Shown here piece after piece: positions 14,668 to 29,111 of a stretch of 64,000 bases of DNA (positions are counted from its first letter, which is position 1; each line of letters opens with the position of its first letter). This DNA comes from Octopus vulgaris (lineage: Eukaryota). The notes under the pieces were generated by a model. It was not told the DNA's origin and did no database searches. It was given only the letters and a program-made list of their open reading frames with translations. The position numbers and the translations under genes are program-made. The stretch covers positions 61,070,001 through 61,134,000 of the forward strand of contig OX597828.1 of NCBI GenBank assembly GCA_951406725.2, given 5' to 3'.

Positions 14668-14830
14668 AAGCGCAGTCCTGGTTGTGTGGTAAGAAGCTTA
14701 CTTACACATTGTTCTAGGTTCAGTTCCATTGCGTGGCAGCTTGGACAAGTGTCTTCTATTGTAGCTTCAGGCCGACTAAGGCCTTGTGAGTGGATTTGGT
14801 AGACGGAAACTAAAAAAAGCTTATCATGTG
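14668..14830 (+). mobile_element. SINE family A, 5' half
   Basis: TGTGTGGTAAGAAGCTT...GCCTTGTGAGTGGATTTGGTAGACGGAAACT. Confidence 0.85.
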
Positions 14831-14874
14831 TGTATCTGTGTGTATCTGTGTATATGCATATACATACATGCAAT

Positions 14875-14906
<32 letters not shown>

Positions 14907-16431
14907 TATACATACATACATCTCTCTTAGTGTTTCAGCAAAAGAGGCCGATAAATTAAGTACCAAGCTCAAAATAAACTAGTGAGGTCGATTTGTTCGA
15001 CTAAAAATTCAAGTGGATGCCCCGCGAAAGTAAAGTACAAAAGTATACCCGAGGTATATTCGACGAAATCAATTTCTTTTCACTAGAAATTCTAAATCCA
15101 ATGAAGTCAGGTTCGTTATCTTCACCGTCATGAAATATTAAGTTTAGCCACAATTCATGCTATTCGCTATGCAATGTACTTTTTTCGACCTTATTCCACG
15201 AAAAAAACAAATCACCATACTTCTTCCTTTAAATTCTGTTATGAAATCCCTAATATTTAGTGCAGTCATGAACAGTGCATGAACTCTAATCTGTATTTAA
15301 GCAACAAGGCTGACTCACAGAGGTGTAGTTAAGAGGGTGGAATTGACCAAAAACAGTCTTTTATTGAAAGTTCTGCCTGGGTTGTCCCCAAACCTTATCC
15401 CAAGTCAAAAATATTATATTTGAATCGAGGCAAATAGAATTATAGGCTGCTCTAGCGTTAAGCACGACGTAATTTTCATGATTTCAAAATACTTTCAAAA
15501 ATTTTTTAATAAGTGCTTAGTGATTCTCTTTTTATTACCTTAATAGGTAAATCGAAAGTTTTTCACCCCTTTAAATGCTTTTGGGTTAGTACTCTTACCA
15601 ATTGCTATCAGTTTGGTTTTGTGTATCGTTGCAGCATTTGTGGAGCTAAGAATTGCTGTCCTGTCTTTGGAATCCTTACTCTCATACTGACACGCCTCCA
15701 AATCTTAGGCTAGGATTTTTCTTGCTATACACGACTCATACAAGGCAAATTCGTCAATGTTAATTTATATCTAATATACGATTCTGCTGGAGTTTTTGTG
15801 AAAATTTATCCTTAAGCTGCCGTTGTTCGCGTGTCAGCACTGCGCTTTCCATCCCAGTAATAAAATTCCATGTTTTCTTTAAACATGCTTCATCGTCCTT
15901 GACAATATTTCAGAGTCATAGCTTTAGTTCTCTATGAAAATTTTGGTCTGCTCGAAAAGCATTTCCCCATGATCAAAACCACATTTGAAAAGCACTAATT
16001 TAATACTCTAGGCATCTTTCAAAGTTTGTCTATTCGTTAAACTTTTGTGGGTTTCATTTCTAAAAGAAAACTTTAAAATTAGCTCCTTCTGCTTAAAAAA
16101 ATATCATTCACAGCATCTGACCGGCCCATATTATACAAACAATTTAGAAAAGTTATTTCTATATTTTTTTTATCCACCTTATTAATCAATGTAATGTTTT
16201 ATGAGTACTCTTATTAGCATTAGCAACACCTGTTCCGTTTATTCTCTTAAATAACATCCTTTGGATCGAATGTACTATAAGAGCACTATATCATCAAAGC
16301 ATGGATACGAAGTGAATAAAGCTCGGCTCCTTAGTACCGCTGATAGTGCCGCACTGGTGGCAGATAAATTAATGACGGCAGATTCAAAACACGGTGGGAC
16401 ATAGAAGTTATAGAGCCACAGGATCTTCTGT

Positions 16432-17360
16432 ATGTTACCTTTCTCGTTTCTCTGTTATTTTTTTTCGTTGTTCGAAAAAAAGTACGTTCTCTGTGTTTTT
16501 GTTTTTTATGTTTTCACTTCTCATTGTGTCTACGTTTTTTTGAAGTCCTGTAAGCATATATGTATGTATATATACATATATATGTAGGTATGTACATATA
16601 TGTATGTATATATGCATATATTTATATATTATTTATCTTATTATATGATCGAACGCCACGTATCCTTTTCCAAGTAAGTTTTATCTTAATAATTACGATG
16701 CGCACTCTTGTTCTATCTCTTCTCTGTCTATCTATCCCCCTCTCTTCTTCCTTTCTGTTTTTCTCTCCCACCCTTTCTCTATTCTTCTCCTCTCCCCTTC
16801 ACCGTTCCCCCCTCTCTCTCAGCCTTCCTCCTTGACTCTCTCGTTGCTCACCCGTGACGAAAGGCCCTCCATCTTTCTTTCTTCCCCTTCCTTCCTAAAG
16901 ATAAGACGTACTTTTATCTATCTCTTCTCAAAGCTCGTTTTTCCAGCGTTCATAACTTCACATCATCTTGGCTTAACAGCTCTCACCGTTTGTTTTAACT
17001 GTTTTGTTCTCACTGTCCTGTTTTTGTTACCAGTTTCACCTTCCGCAAAACATCCCAAATTTTATTTAATTTGCTTTTTAACGAAGTCGCGTATTGTCCT
17101 TACCTTCAAACGCGGAGTATATAAAACAGGGGACAACTGATGAAGGGAATGTTCTTTATGTTGCATGTCTCGTTTCTCTGTTTGTTTTTTCGCTGTTCGT
17201 AAAAAAGATATTTTTCTGTGTTTTTGTTTTTATGTTTTCATTTCTCATTGTGTCAACGTTTTTTTTATATCATGTACCCATATATGCATGTATATATACA
17301 TATATATGTAGGTATGTACATATATGTATGTATATATGTATATATTTATATATTATTTAT
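16432..17360. repeat. Non-coding element bounded by about 200-bp direct repeats (pLTR-like)
   Basis: 16432-16640 is similar to 17158-17360 (CTCGTTTCTCTGTT...CTCATTGTGTC...GTAGGTATGTACATATATGTATG). Confidence 0.65.
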
Positions 17361-18059
17361 ATTACACACACACACACATATATAATTGCTGTTGGCGATA
17401 TCTTTTCCAAACGAGGATATTTGAAATAGTAACCACGAGTGTAATGGGTAGAACTGTTTACAGGTCTGAATTTGTGCGGACATACTAGTATGCAGTCCTG
17501 CAAATTATATTCATCTGGACGATCACACCGATGATCTACATACATTCATTTAAGTAAAATTACGTAATATGTCAATAGTGAAACATGTATGCGAATAATC
17601 CATATTTTAATTGCATTTTCGTTTGTCTTGCTCGATTACGTTTTGGTTGTTTTTGCTAAATGTTTCTTGAGAACATTTCTTAGTGGTAAGACCATAGCGG
17701 ATCAATTTCTAGCATAAGGATGTCCACATAGTGGTTTCCCTTTAATATGTATATATCTACATATGGAGTGTGGGCGTGATCGCGCGTGTGTATTGTGACT
17801 TTACTCACAGTATAGAATTAGCCCATTAGAAAATGTTCCGTTGTTATTCTTAAACTTAGATAAAATTAATACACATATTTTAACACTACATACTTATATC
17901 ATCATCTCGTCGTCGTCGTCCTCTTCCTCCTCCTCCTCATCATAATCATCATCGTCGTCGTCGTCGTCGTCGTCATCGTAGTCGTCCTCAACAATAACAA
18001 CATCATCATTGTATTAACGACTTTTCTATGCTTTTCTATGGAGAAATAAGAATTCTTAT

Positions 18060-18223
18060 AATGCACATACACATTCACACATACACACATAGATACATAC
18101 ATACATACGTACGTACGTACATACATACATACATACATAAATACATACATACATACATACATACATACACACATACATACATACATACATACATACATAC
18201 ACATACATACATACATACATACA

Positions 18224-18257
<34 letters not shown>

Positions 18258-18290
18258 CATACATACATACATACATACATATACACATGC
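18060..18290. repeat. (CATA)n microsatellite (representative of dozens of CA/TA/CATA/AAT/GATA tracts in the window)
   Basis: Read directly from the sequence. Confidence 0.95.
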
Positions 18291-19060
18291 ATATCGTAAA
18301 GAAGTAAGAATGGCCTGCTCAAAACAACGCTTTTCAGAATATTGGTTATTTATTTATCAATGCAGAATGGATTACATAATTTAAGAGTCTTTTAAGACGC
18401 ACTGCTTGTCTTCAGCTGTTCCTAATTTGTGATTCATTATTTTTTTGAGATATTTTGGCTGGTAGAATATTGGAAAGTATCGTTTGGCTGGATATAATGA
18501 ATTATCATTTCTAAGATTATGGGTGGCTATAAATGGATTACTTATGCTTTTCTTTCTGTCTTCGCCCTCGTTGTAAAGGCTTTCCGTATGACAGAGATTT
18601 GTATGCCTTCACCATTGTTATGGCAAGATTTACTGAGTTTTTAAAGTAACATTTTTTCTATCTCTTGTTCTCCAGATTGCTCTTTGTTTCCAGACACTCC
18701 TGGGATACATCTTTCTGGACTAACATACCTAGGTTCTTATTACCTGTGAGGTATTTCTTTTACCATGCTACCATAACAGAATATTTCCCTTCAACATTCA
18801 GCAGTGATATTGTCCTGAACTGAGTGTATATCCCCCCCCCCCCCCCAACTATCATGTAATAGTTGCTGATCTTCAGGTTCCACCATGCTGATCTTTACAG
18901 CTTTTGGAGATACTTAAGGACACTGAGACTTTTTTATACAGAAGATAAGGAATTCTGTTTGGCTCAAGTAATGATTTAGGTCTGGCTATCTGAATTATTT
19001 TACTTCTTCCAGTATTGGTGGTTGTTATTGAACATTTCTGTGTCCTTCGAAGAGAGTGAG

Positions 19061-19162
<102 letters not shown>

Positions 19163-19857
19163 GTAACATACTAGAACGTGTATATTTCTTTAATCACAGC
19201 GGTATTTATTTCTAGATTCGAAGAAAATTTCGAAGCTCGAAAGAGATACATTTCATCTTATAGATGTCATCAATTGAATAAACAGTCTTGGCTGTGTGAT
19301 TAAGCGGTTCACTTCCCAACCACATAGTTTCGTGTTCAATTTTCTACTATAGCGACACTCTGGTCAAGCCATGTGTGTGGATTTGTTAGCGAGAAACTGG
19401 GGATCAAAAAGAACTTGGCAAATAAAGTAAATTAAATTAGCACTTCTATGTAGACTAGGTTTCACAGTTTACCACAAAAGGATACATAAACATTCCAAAT
19501 CATTAAACTGGTCAGTATAACAGTCTATTCGAAGTTAAATAGTTCTATAATGATCCCAGGCACCCTGTAAATCTCTCTGTCTTTCTCTGTAAATACACAC
19601 ACGCACGCACATATATATAATATGAGGGAATATTATTCCAAACTTACAGGGAAAAATTCAATTTAGAAATACTAAATCAATCTTCACAAAATATATATAT
19701 ATATATAAATTGGAAAAAAACCCACCTTTTATTAATTCAATAATGAAAAATTAAGTTATCCTATTTAGCAAAAATTACATATTATAGAAAGATAAAACAT
19801 ATAACAATGATTAAGTAATGTGCATGATAATAAATAAAATGTATATATTTGGTAGAA

Positions 19858-19961
19858 TAACGACACGTGTTTCGTGGCTATATTTAAGAAATGATAATAG
19901 TAAAAATAATAGTAGTAGTAGTAAAATCACTTCAATATAAATATAGCCACTCTTCAGGTTA
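19858..19961 (-). ncRNA. Type I hammerhead ribozyme motif with long stem II
   Basis: Minus strand: UAAC-CUGAAGA-GUGGCUAUAUUUA...UAAAUAUAGCCAC-GAAAC-ACGU-GUC-GUUA, with a perfect 13-bp stem II. Confidence 0.85.
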
Positions 19962-20559
19962 AAGATAACAAATATATACGTTATTCTACCAAATATATAC
20001 GTTTTATTTATTATTTTGCACATTACTTAACCATTGTTATATGCTTTATCTTATATTTAATCTTTTTAGAACATGTAATTTTTCTAATGGTATAATTTAA
20101 TTTTTCATTATTGAATTGATAAAAGGTGTTTTTTTCTAATTTATATATATATATATCAATGTAATAATTGCTGCATATTTGTTTGTGAAATGGAGTTAAT
20201 GTAAAAAGATTCCAGCGAGCAAATAAGAATGGATATCTCAAAACATCTCTACATGTGTTTCAATAACGTGTTTATATATTTATCAATATATAATGTTTCT
20301 ATCTGTCCTTCTCAATAGAAAAGTAGGTAGAAGGAGTATGGTGTTGGCTTTCTGCCACTGGAATTCAGTAAGTATCACATCTGGTTTGTAGATACTGTGA
20401 AAAAGCGCAACGAAGGAGGGTGGAAAGTGGTGCCTGGTTAATGCTAAAATCATGGGTGGTCACGTACGTTCATATGTACGTTTGTAGGTGTGTGCGTGTT
20501 TGTATATAATAAGCTGGGTGTGGCAAGCGGCGTGCTAATCTCTCATGATGGTAAGAAAT

Positions 20560-21280
20560 GCTGATTGGCAGAAACTTTAATGTTCATGATCATTGTGCAG
20601 TCTGCCTTTTATGTGGATAGGATTGGAAAATTTCGCTTTTACAGTTTAGGTAGGTATCCTATTGTTAACAAGATATGTGATGTTGCCTTTGCATGAGTAT
20701 TTTATATCTGTCTCAGGTTGGGTCAACCTAATGAAATGTTCTTTATATAAGGTTTACAGCTAAATTAATCTCTTAAGTTATGTCTATTGAATATTATTCT
20801 GAATTGTTTGGGGAAAGTGTTTATCGGCAGTACGGAAAAATGTTTTATCCACACAAGTTTTAAGTTTAAGGAGAAGCGGGTGCGAATCACAAAACTTTCC
20901 AGTGGCGTTTTCTCTTGGTGGATTATGTCCGAGCGTATAACTAATTTTGTCTTTAAACTCGCTGACGGTTAGGGCATCGTTCAAGTGCAAAACTGTGTCA
21001 TCGAAAATATCTTTACTCGAAGACAGGTTAGAGATTCTTCAGCTGATCTCTTTAACCAGACTCTTGAATACTGTGGCAGCATAACAAAAAGCTGTATTTA
21101 TGTGACAGCCTCTCAATCGGTTTTCTAAAAGACTTATAAGCACTAGTTGAGGAAATCAATCAACTTCAGGTTGGATATTACTGTGACCTTAACTCCAAGA
21201 TAATTCAAGGTAGCTTTTATGTCTTTCCTAAACCTATTAATTGTGCGACTACTGATCCCTTATATTGCAAAAGCATACTC
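20560..21280 (-). mobile_element. Degraded Penelope-like element C-terminal fragment
   Basis: Residual 'HNPPRE...KTFFRTADKHFP' motif typical of the PLE linker before GIY-YIG. Lies just upstream (on the - strand) of a hammerhead-bearing repeat at 19.86-19.96 kb. Confidence 0.5.
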
Positions 21281-23266
21281 TCTATAGAGGTCAAAACTAG
21301 TAGAGGGGAACTTATTTAGTAAAACCATGATAAAAAAAAACAATAAGGTTCCAATGAATCTTCTGTTACTAAAGAAGTGACAGCAAAAGTAGATGGTTCT
21401 TGGGAAATATTTTTTTCAAAGAAATTATCCAGAGTGATTTGCCGCGACCCATTCTTCTGGAAAGTTCAAAAGTGTTGCAGTATTGTATTAGAAAATCTTT
21501 TTATAACTGACTCAACATTCAGAAAGATAGAGTAATGTGATCTCACAATATCTATGAATTCATGCAAGAAATCAAAATCATCAGCTCTTCCGGTTGCATG
21601 CTTTCATTTTGGTCTTTGTCAGTGTTCTGCATCGACCCAGCCTTTTCCCGATGTTTCTTAACTTTAGTCTCTTCCTGAATGTCATCGAAGGACAGTTTCT
21701 TTCTCTATTCCTCAATTATGTCCTCTTCATTCACATTCATGCCGGTACACTTGTTCAAACATACAATCTACTCAACTACATCTCTGTCTCAAATATTTCA
21801 AACTTCTTGCACTTTGAAGAAAGCTCTCTCCATGATTTCCTTATTAAATGGATAGCATTTATAATGATGCCCCGAATGTCTTTTAATGTCAAATAACCAG
21901 ACGAAGTCGTTTCAAAACAGGTCCTGAACAAATAATTTGTTTGAAATAATTCCTATCACTTGCTAATCAATGGGTTGTAGCAGAGGATTAGTATTGGAGT
22001 GGTAGGAAATAAAATGAAACACACACGTATTTGTTTCATGTGGTTTTAAAGGAGTGCTGAAACATTGTCTATAACAAGAAAAGCTATTTTTGAATGACTC
22101 TTCTCCTTGAGATTGTTACACTCAGTGAAAACACATAAATAAACCACGAAGTTAATAGGTTTCTTGTAACTCAAGCTTCGTGTTGGAAGATTACTGAATA
22201 CCAAACCTGTTATTGCTGAAGATCCTTGGGTTCCCTGACTGATAAAGCAAGAGTGGTTTCACTTTAAGACATTAGCGCAAGGAAGTAAGGTTAGTTTCTC
22301 CTTTATCGGTATATATTAACAAAATCTGATCCTTTGCGTGATGCAAATCCCTCCCCCCCATAAAATCTAATTTCCTTACAATTTAAAACCTGTTGAGACA
22401 GGAATTATCCTTCTTTACACGTTCACAAAACTCGGCACTATTTTTCTGCAACAACTCTAAGTTGCTAGCTTTTCTATGCAACGCTGTGAACAGCGGGACG
22501 TTCTTTTTAAAGATTTGCATCATCCCTTGCTGGTTTTAAATTTTACTGGACTAGACTCACTAACGCTTATACTAGGTGCATCTCTCTCTAGTAGATCGTA
22601 AAGAGATTTACCTTTCTCATAAATCACTTCACTCACTGAATCACTAGCTTGTTGTTTTTCTCTCAAGCATACTAGTAAAATATTTGCGTGACATTGTTAT
22701 ACAAGACACAAATATACCTAGTATTCGCGATTTTTTCTGAAAAGCGTTCGTTGACATGATTTTATTTATTGCCACATCATTGAAAAAGTATTCACTGTTA
22801 TGATTTTTCGTTTCTACAGATGCTCGTTATCAAAGAGTCAACTGTACTGGGTTGATACGATCTCTGAAGGTGGGCATCTATTATATATACTCACTCATAT
22901 TATCAATAATTGTTAGTAATGATCGTATAATAACGTATATATTCTTGGCACACAACCTTTATTAGTGATAGTAAATAAATTGAAAATATCCAAAGTGTCA
23001 TATAAGTATCTTTCGATAACAAAAACAGATTGATACTCGGCTATATCACCAATATCGCAGAGCCTTAAGCGAACCCATCATCTGGAATCAGGTAAAGAAA
23101 GGAAACTGGATTCATTCTTCATTCCAGTTTATCCCAACCGTGACGGTATTGCTGAACGACCTGTTATTCACTCAGTCTCTCTTCAGTCACCAAGATTCTT
23201 CGAAAAGTTACTAGTTTCACCTATGCACCAACATACACAATACCTAACATCAATCAGATCGATGTA

Positions 23267-24505
23267 CTGGGTCATCACATAAACAATGTTGTTTTGTTTA
23301 TACTTCTTTTATTTTTAAAAATTAGAATAATCAAAGTTCTTTTTTAATCTGAAATATACTCTCCTTCATTTTCTACAATGCTCCTCCATCTATCTGGCAG
23401 ACTTGCAAGGCCCCTCTTCCAAAATTCACTTGTCCGTGACGAAAAATACTCCTCCACTACTGTTCTATACCTCGTCTACAGAATTCATATTTTCTGTCCA
23501 GCGAATATGGTGGGTGGGGCATCATTTCCCATTTAAACTGCTCCAGCCTTTGGAATGTCATCCTCGCTGTATGTGGCCGAGCATTATCCTGATGGAAGAA
23601 TACCTTTCGTCTTGAAAGCAAAGGTGGTCGTTTTTCTTCTAGCGATAACTTAAGCCGCTCAAGTTGCTCGCTGTTGCTCTCCTTTGTTACTGTTTGCTTT
23701 GGGTTTAAAAGTTCAAAGTGGACTAAACCTTTCATATTCTACCAAACAAATAACAACACCTTATGTGGGTGAAGACCTTTAGTATAAGGTGCCGGTGTTT
23801 CTCCTTTCCCTACCCACTGTCTTCGGTGTTTGACATTTTTTATAGAGAAGCCATTTCTTGTCACCAGTCACTATTCGGTCCAAAAACGGTTCATTCGTGA
23901 GACGTGACAGGAAAGAAGAACACACATTCACACTCCGTATGTGATTAGACTCGCAAAGTTTGTGAGGAACCCATTGACCCAATTTGCTCACTTTTCCGAT
24001 GGCACGCAGGTATTGATGAATGGTTGACTGACCAAATCCAAGCTTCTCTACTAGTTCCTCAACAGTTAAGATTAGATTTTGTTCCATCAGGGTTTGCAGG
24101 ACGTCCTCGTTGAGCTCTGCAGATCTTCCAGGACAAGCCTTGTCTTCTAGGCTGTAGTTTCCGGCTCGGAATTTCTGGAACTACCGTTGACACTGGCTTA
24201 CACTTATTGTCCGACCCTCATATACTGAATCAATATTCCTCGCACTTTCCGTTGCGTTGTTGCCTTTATGGAACTCATAAAGCAAATTATGCTGAATATG
24301 CTCCCTTGTCACTTCCATTATAGCTTTGAAAAAATAACTTAAAATCTAACTTCACTCTTCAAAACTTGCACTAAGAATAAGGGCAAGGTAAAATTACTAT
24401 CTGATTTTATTGCAAGTTCACACAGGTAGTTTATCCCATTTCCCTCCGACTTTTAGTTTATGTAATTGAAAAAAAAAAAGCTGCATTATTTATGGGATGA
24501 CTCAA
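23267..24505 (-). mobile_element. Mariner DNA transposon, second family, decayed
   Basis: TIRs CTGGGTCATCACATAAACAATG and (right end, reverse-complemented) TTGAGTCATCCCATAAATAATG, with TA flanks. Transposase motifs WVPHKL, FLDRIVTGDKKW, HQDNARPH, HPPYS across several frames. Confidence 0.93.
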
Positions 24506-25079
24506 TAATTAACGTTTCTCTTGAACATTTATAAGTCGATAGCTGCCGGAAATGATTTGCAGTGAATAAATTTCTTCGATTGACGTTCTGAGCATGGTGA
24601 TTAGTGCGGACTCGGGAAAGAGAGCTGAGTACAGATGATGCTGGGTGGAAGGACAAGTGATTAGCTCCTGGCCAACTCTAATTAAAAACACCTTTCATCA
24701 CAGACAGCTCAACTATAATCCTCTCGTCTTTGTAGAGGTACGCAAAACTACATTAACAAGCGTGTCCTTTTAGTTTTCAAGATAGTGGGTTGTGATATCT
24801 GGGAGATTTGACTGCTATATCTAACAAATTGAGTTACTACATACAGGCTTCATCTTTGACCACATAGTTCGATCTTGTAGCTATTTAATCTAATGCTGGT
24901 TCAGGCGAATTTACGATTAAAGGCACACTGTCTTTTTCTCATGTGCAGCAAATAACCCAGGATCACATTAGTTAACGTTTCCTTTTCTGACGATGGGATA
25001 TAATTTGATCTTGATTTGGGTGCTATTTCTAGCAGGTAGAATTAGCTCCCCCTTTGGTTACACGGCTAATATACGAAGG

Positions 25080-25261
25080 TGATTGTAACTGATTAAATGT
25101 CCTCCTTCACGACAACAAAGTACACAGACAACCAAGAAACTATTATTCTTGTCCTTGTCAGTTAGTTCACAAACACTCACAGTATACACGTCGCGGCAGA
25201 TCGGCACACACACATACACGCACATGTACACACACACGCACACACACACAAACTTACGCAT

Positions 25262-25333
<72 letters not shown>

Positions 25334-25346
25334 ACAAGTAAACTGT
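25080..25346. repeat. Near-identical local duplication, copy 1 (copy 2 at 27530-27776)
   Basis: The unique sequence TGATTGTAACTGATTAAATG...CAAGTAAACTGT is repeated almost exactly, differing mainly in (CA)n length. Confidence 0.92.
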
Positions 25347-26607
25347 AAGTATATACATTTGAATTTTTTATGTATGTACAGTATCTGATTCGAGCATAAG
25401 AGATCGAGAATAAATAACGTGTAAACAAGATAAGCTGACTGGACTGAAGGGGCTCTGAAAATATGCCTGACTGGCCTGGAAATACTTTTAAGAGTCTTTA
25501 TAGCTGCACATGACCGATGGGGCGAGAGTACGTGAGAGGCAAAATATCGATTTGTCCTACTTTACTTTTTAGCATAGTGATGTTGCATGTTATTACATGT
25601 TCCTTACTAAGCAACGTAGTAGTTATTCCAATACATGTGAAGGTTAATTTGGTACAAGTATATAAGTTGTTTAGTCTCATATGATTCCTGATAATGTAAA
25701 GCTACGATTAATGCTATTGCAGCTTTGATAATACAATCTTTTTGTATATATAGAATTATACTGATTCGCTTCTTTGTGATGGTAGAATTGATAGGAGGGA
25801 GATTCTAGCTGCTCTGTATCGAAGGGCGAATAACAAATAGAAGCGTCCGTATTAACTGGTTATCCCCGAAGGTGTTTCGAAATGCAGTAAATTCTTTCGA
25901 GGTACAAGTGCCGACAGTTCTCCTCGTTTACAGAGTTATAGTAACGCAAGAGTTGTGCACTAATATCGTAAAGTACACCTTAAACTCAAAGAGGGTTTGA
26001 TTCAAGAAATAAATGTCTCTTCCCTCATTGTTTCAAGCAATATTCGGAAAGGATGTCGTTAGGTGGATGGGCTGAGTCTATCTTACCTAACCACAGATAT
26101 ATAACATGAGCTGCTGTTTAATCCACTCGGTCATTATTTATCGTCTACGTGCCCCGCCTTATATGTGAGTTCTTAAAACGCTTCAGATAACTAATGTACG
26201 TCTTGTAGCTTGTTTATTGATTTCGGAAAGCAGAAACCCTATAACAAGTACTTATTGTGAAATAAATGGCTAAGTCGATTAGGTTCTTGATAACATATTC
26301 ATAGTATCTACCAATGGTAATGATGATGATGATGATGACGACGGCGATGACGGCGATGACAGTGATGATGATGATGACGACGACGACGACGGTGATGGCG
26401 ATAACAGAAATAACAATAATGTTTTCACTATATCCGCCATATGTACTATATTTAGACACACTGTTTTCATGTAATAAGTGAAACACAAATATACACACAC
26501 ACACACACACACACATACATACATACATGCATACATACATATATATATGTCTATATATCTATATATCTATATATATATCTATATCTATATATCTATCTAT
26601 CTATCTA

Positions 26608-26651
<44 letters not shown>

Positions 26652-26809
26652 TAAAAACGGTAAGATAACAAGTAAAAAGAATAAAAAAGAGTAGGTTTCT
26701 AGATTGCCATGTGTGTGTGCATGCATCTAATAAACAAACTATAAATTTTTCATGCAAGATCGAAAGGGGATTTAATGTATCAACTTCTGATATGGCAATC
26801 TAGAAACGT

Positions 26810-27017
26810 ACTCTTTTTAATTCTTTTTACTTGTTTCAGTCATTAGACTGTGGCCATGCTGGAGCACCGCCTTTAGTCGAGCAATTCGACACAGGACTTA
26901 TTTTTTGTTAGCCTAGTACTTATTCTATCGGTCTCTTTTTGCCGAACCGCTAAGTTACAGGGACGTAAACACACCAGCATCGGTTGTCAAGCGATGTTGG
27001 GGGGACAAACAGACACA

Positions 27018-27063
<46 letters not shown>

Positions 27064-27252
27064 AATGTGTGTGTGTGTGTATACATATATACGACGGGCT
27101 TCTCTCAGTTTCCGTCTACCAAATCCACTCACAAGGCTTTGGTAGGCCCGAGGCTATAGTAGAAGACACTTGCCCAAGGTGCCACGCATTGGGACTGAAC
27201 CCGGAACCATTGGTTGGTAAGCAAGCTTCTTACCAGACAGCAACTCCTACGT
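26810..27252 (-). mobile_element. SINE family A (tRNA-like head, internal (TA/TG)n, tail ...GACTGAAACAAGTAAAAAGA), near full length
   Basis: Head ...GGTTCCGGGTTCAGTCCCAATGCGTGGCACCTTGGGCAAGTGTC and tail match many other copies in the window. Confidence 0.9.
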
Positions 27253-27711
27253 AGGAAATTATCAAGGAGTTAATGAACTGAAGACTTTAAAATTGAAATA
27301 TTTGTAAATTGGAACGAAAAGTATCTGGAGAATAAATTAAATTTATTTTGTGCATTTTAGTCAGTGAATTTGTACATTAAAATTTTATTTATCATTGAAA
27401 CCCTATTGCAGAACTCTTTTTATTGTCAAAAACAAAAAAAAAAGATAAAGTTTGTTTTTAAAATTAGTGGAGTATCTCCATTTTAGGCCTTTTGGTGTGG
27501 TGTAACCTCTGGAAACCTCTCAACAATTTTGATTGTAACTGATTAAATGTCCTCCTTCACGACAACAAAGTACACAGACAACCAAGAAACTATTATTCTT
27601 GTCCTTGTCAGTTAGTTCACAAACACTCACAGTATACACGTCGCGGCAGATCGGCACACACACATACACGCACATGTACACACACACGCACACACACACA
27701 AACGCACGCAT

Positions 27712-27763
<52 letters not shown>

Positions 27764-28358
27764 ACAAGTAAACTGTCTTTTGCGCGATATTTCGCCTTTT
27801 TTTGTTAGTTGATATTTTTTCCAGAGAGATATTAACTATTAGCTGTGGTCCTTGTGATGTGTCTCTTGTATTAGCAGTTCGAAGTGAACAAAGTAATATC
27901 TTGATTTTATTCTTTTGTCGCTGGTGTTGGAAATTTAGTAAAGTTGCTGTTATCTTTAAACTCTCAAAATCAAAATCACCAATTCCCATATATATTCATA
28001 ATGATTTAATATAAAAGAAACTGCAAATCGCTCTAAGGCGACAGTTAATCACAAATTTTTATAATTTCGAACGACTTGTTGCAGATCCGCATATATTTTA
28101 TGATGCTTGATTAAACGTTGACGTTTGCACAAACGGTATACAAGTAGACAAACAACTCATATAACGGATTTCGTGTTGAAACCTCTTAAGGTCTTATCAT
28201 ACTAAATTAGCTGCATCGAGTCAGATGTTTTGTTGTTGCATAAAAATGATAGCCGAACATAATATATTATCAATGAAGCATTACGAAAGCAAGTTTAAGT
28301 AGTATTTTGACCAAGGATACAGCAGAAAGAGTGCAGTAGAATAATGATAATTTTGACT

Positions 28359-28394
<36 letters not shown>

Positions 28395-28397
28395 GTT

Positions 28398-28596
28398 TCA
28401 AATGTTGGCACAAAGCCATAAATTTACAGGAGGGCAAGTCGATTACTTCGAACCCCAAAGTTCAACTGGTACTTATTTTATCAACTCGAAAGGCAAAGTC
28501 GACCTCTGCGGAATTTGAACTCAGAACATAAAGCGGGACGAAATGCCGCTATGCATTTTGCCCGGTGTGCTAACGATTATGCCAACTCGCCGCCTT
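28398..28596 (-). mobile_element. SINE family B between (AAT)n tracts
   Basis: Reverse complement of the family B body. Confidence 0.85.
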
Positions 28597-28630
28597 AATA
28601 ATAATAATAAAAATAAAAATAATAATAATG

Positions 28631-28676
<46 letters not shown>

Positions 28677-29111
28677 TAATAATAATGATAATAATAATAA
28701 TAATAATAATAGTCTAATCTGTTGTGTGCTTATATGGAAAAAAGTTTTAATAGAGCCGTAACTAATAAACATGAAATTTCAGACTATTTCTTATAAGAGC
28801 TACGTAGTGTCACAATTTATACATAATAACAATTAAGCAAACAGCCATACGTCCAACATGCTCAATAGGCGTGGCGAATGAATTATAGCTGTGGAGAATT
28901 TCAGAACAAATCTACTTCCACAGAAAATAATCTCCTTTTACGCAATTCATATTTACACTAGCACACACTCTTCCATAAACTCTTTTAACTACACCCATAC
29001 AAATTATTAATTAACCCAAAATTAATTCTAGATCATGGGAAACAGGAACTTCTGTCTACGCAGATTGGTTCTGTTCTTTACACAATCAAACATTTTATCT
29101 ATTATCTATAG

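Noticed and set aside
17080-17155. GUA-UUGUCC...GGACAA-CUGAUGA as a type II/III hammerhead
   Set aside because: Stem I and CUGAUGA fit, but I could not place a GAAA with a pairing stem II and stem III.
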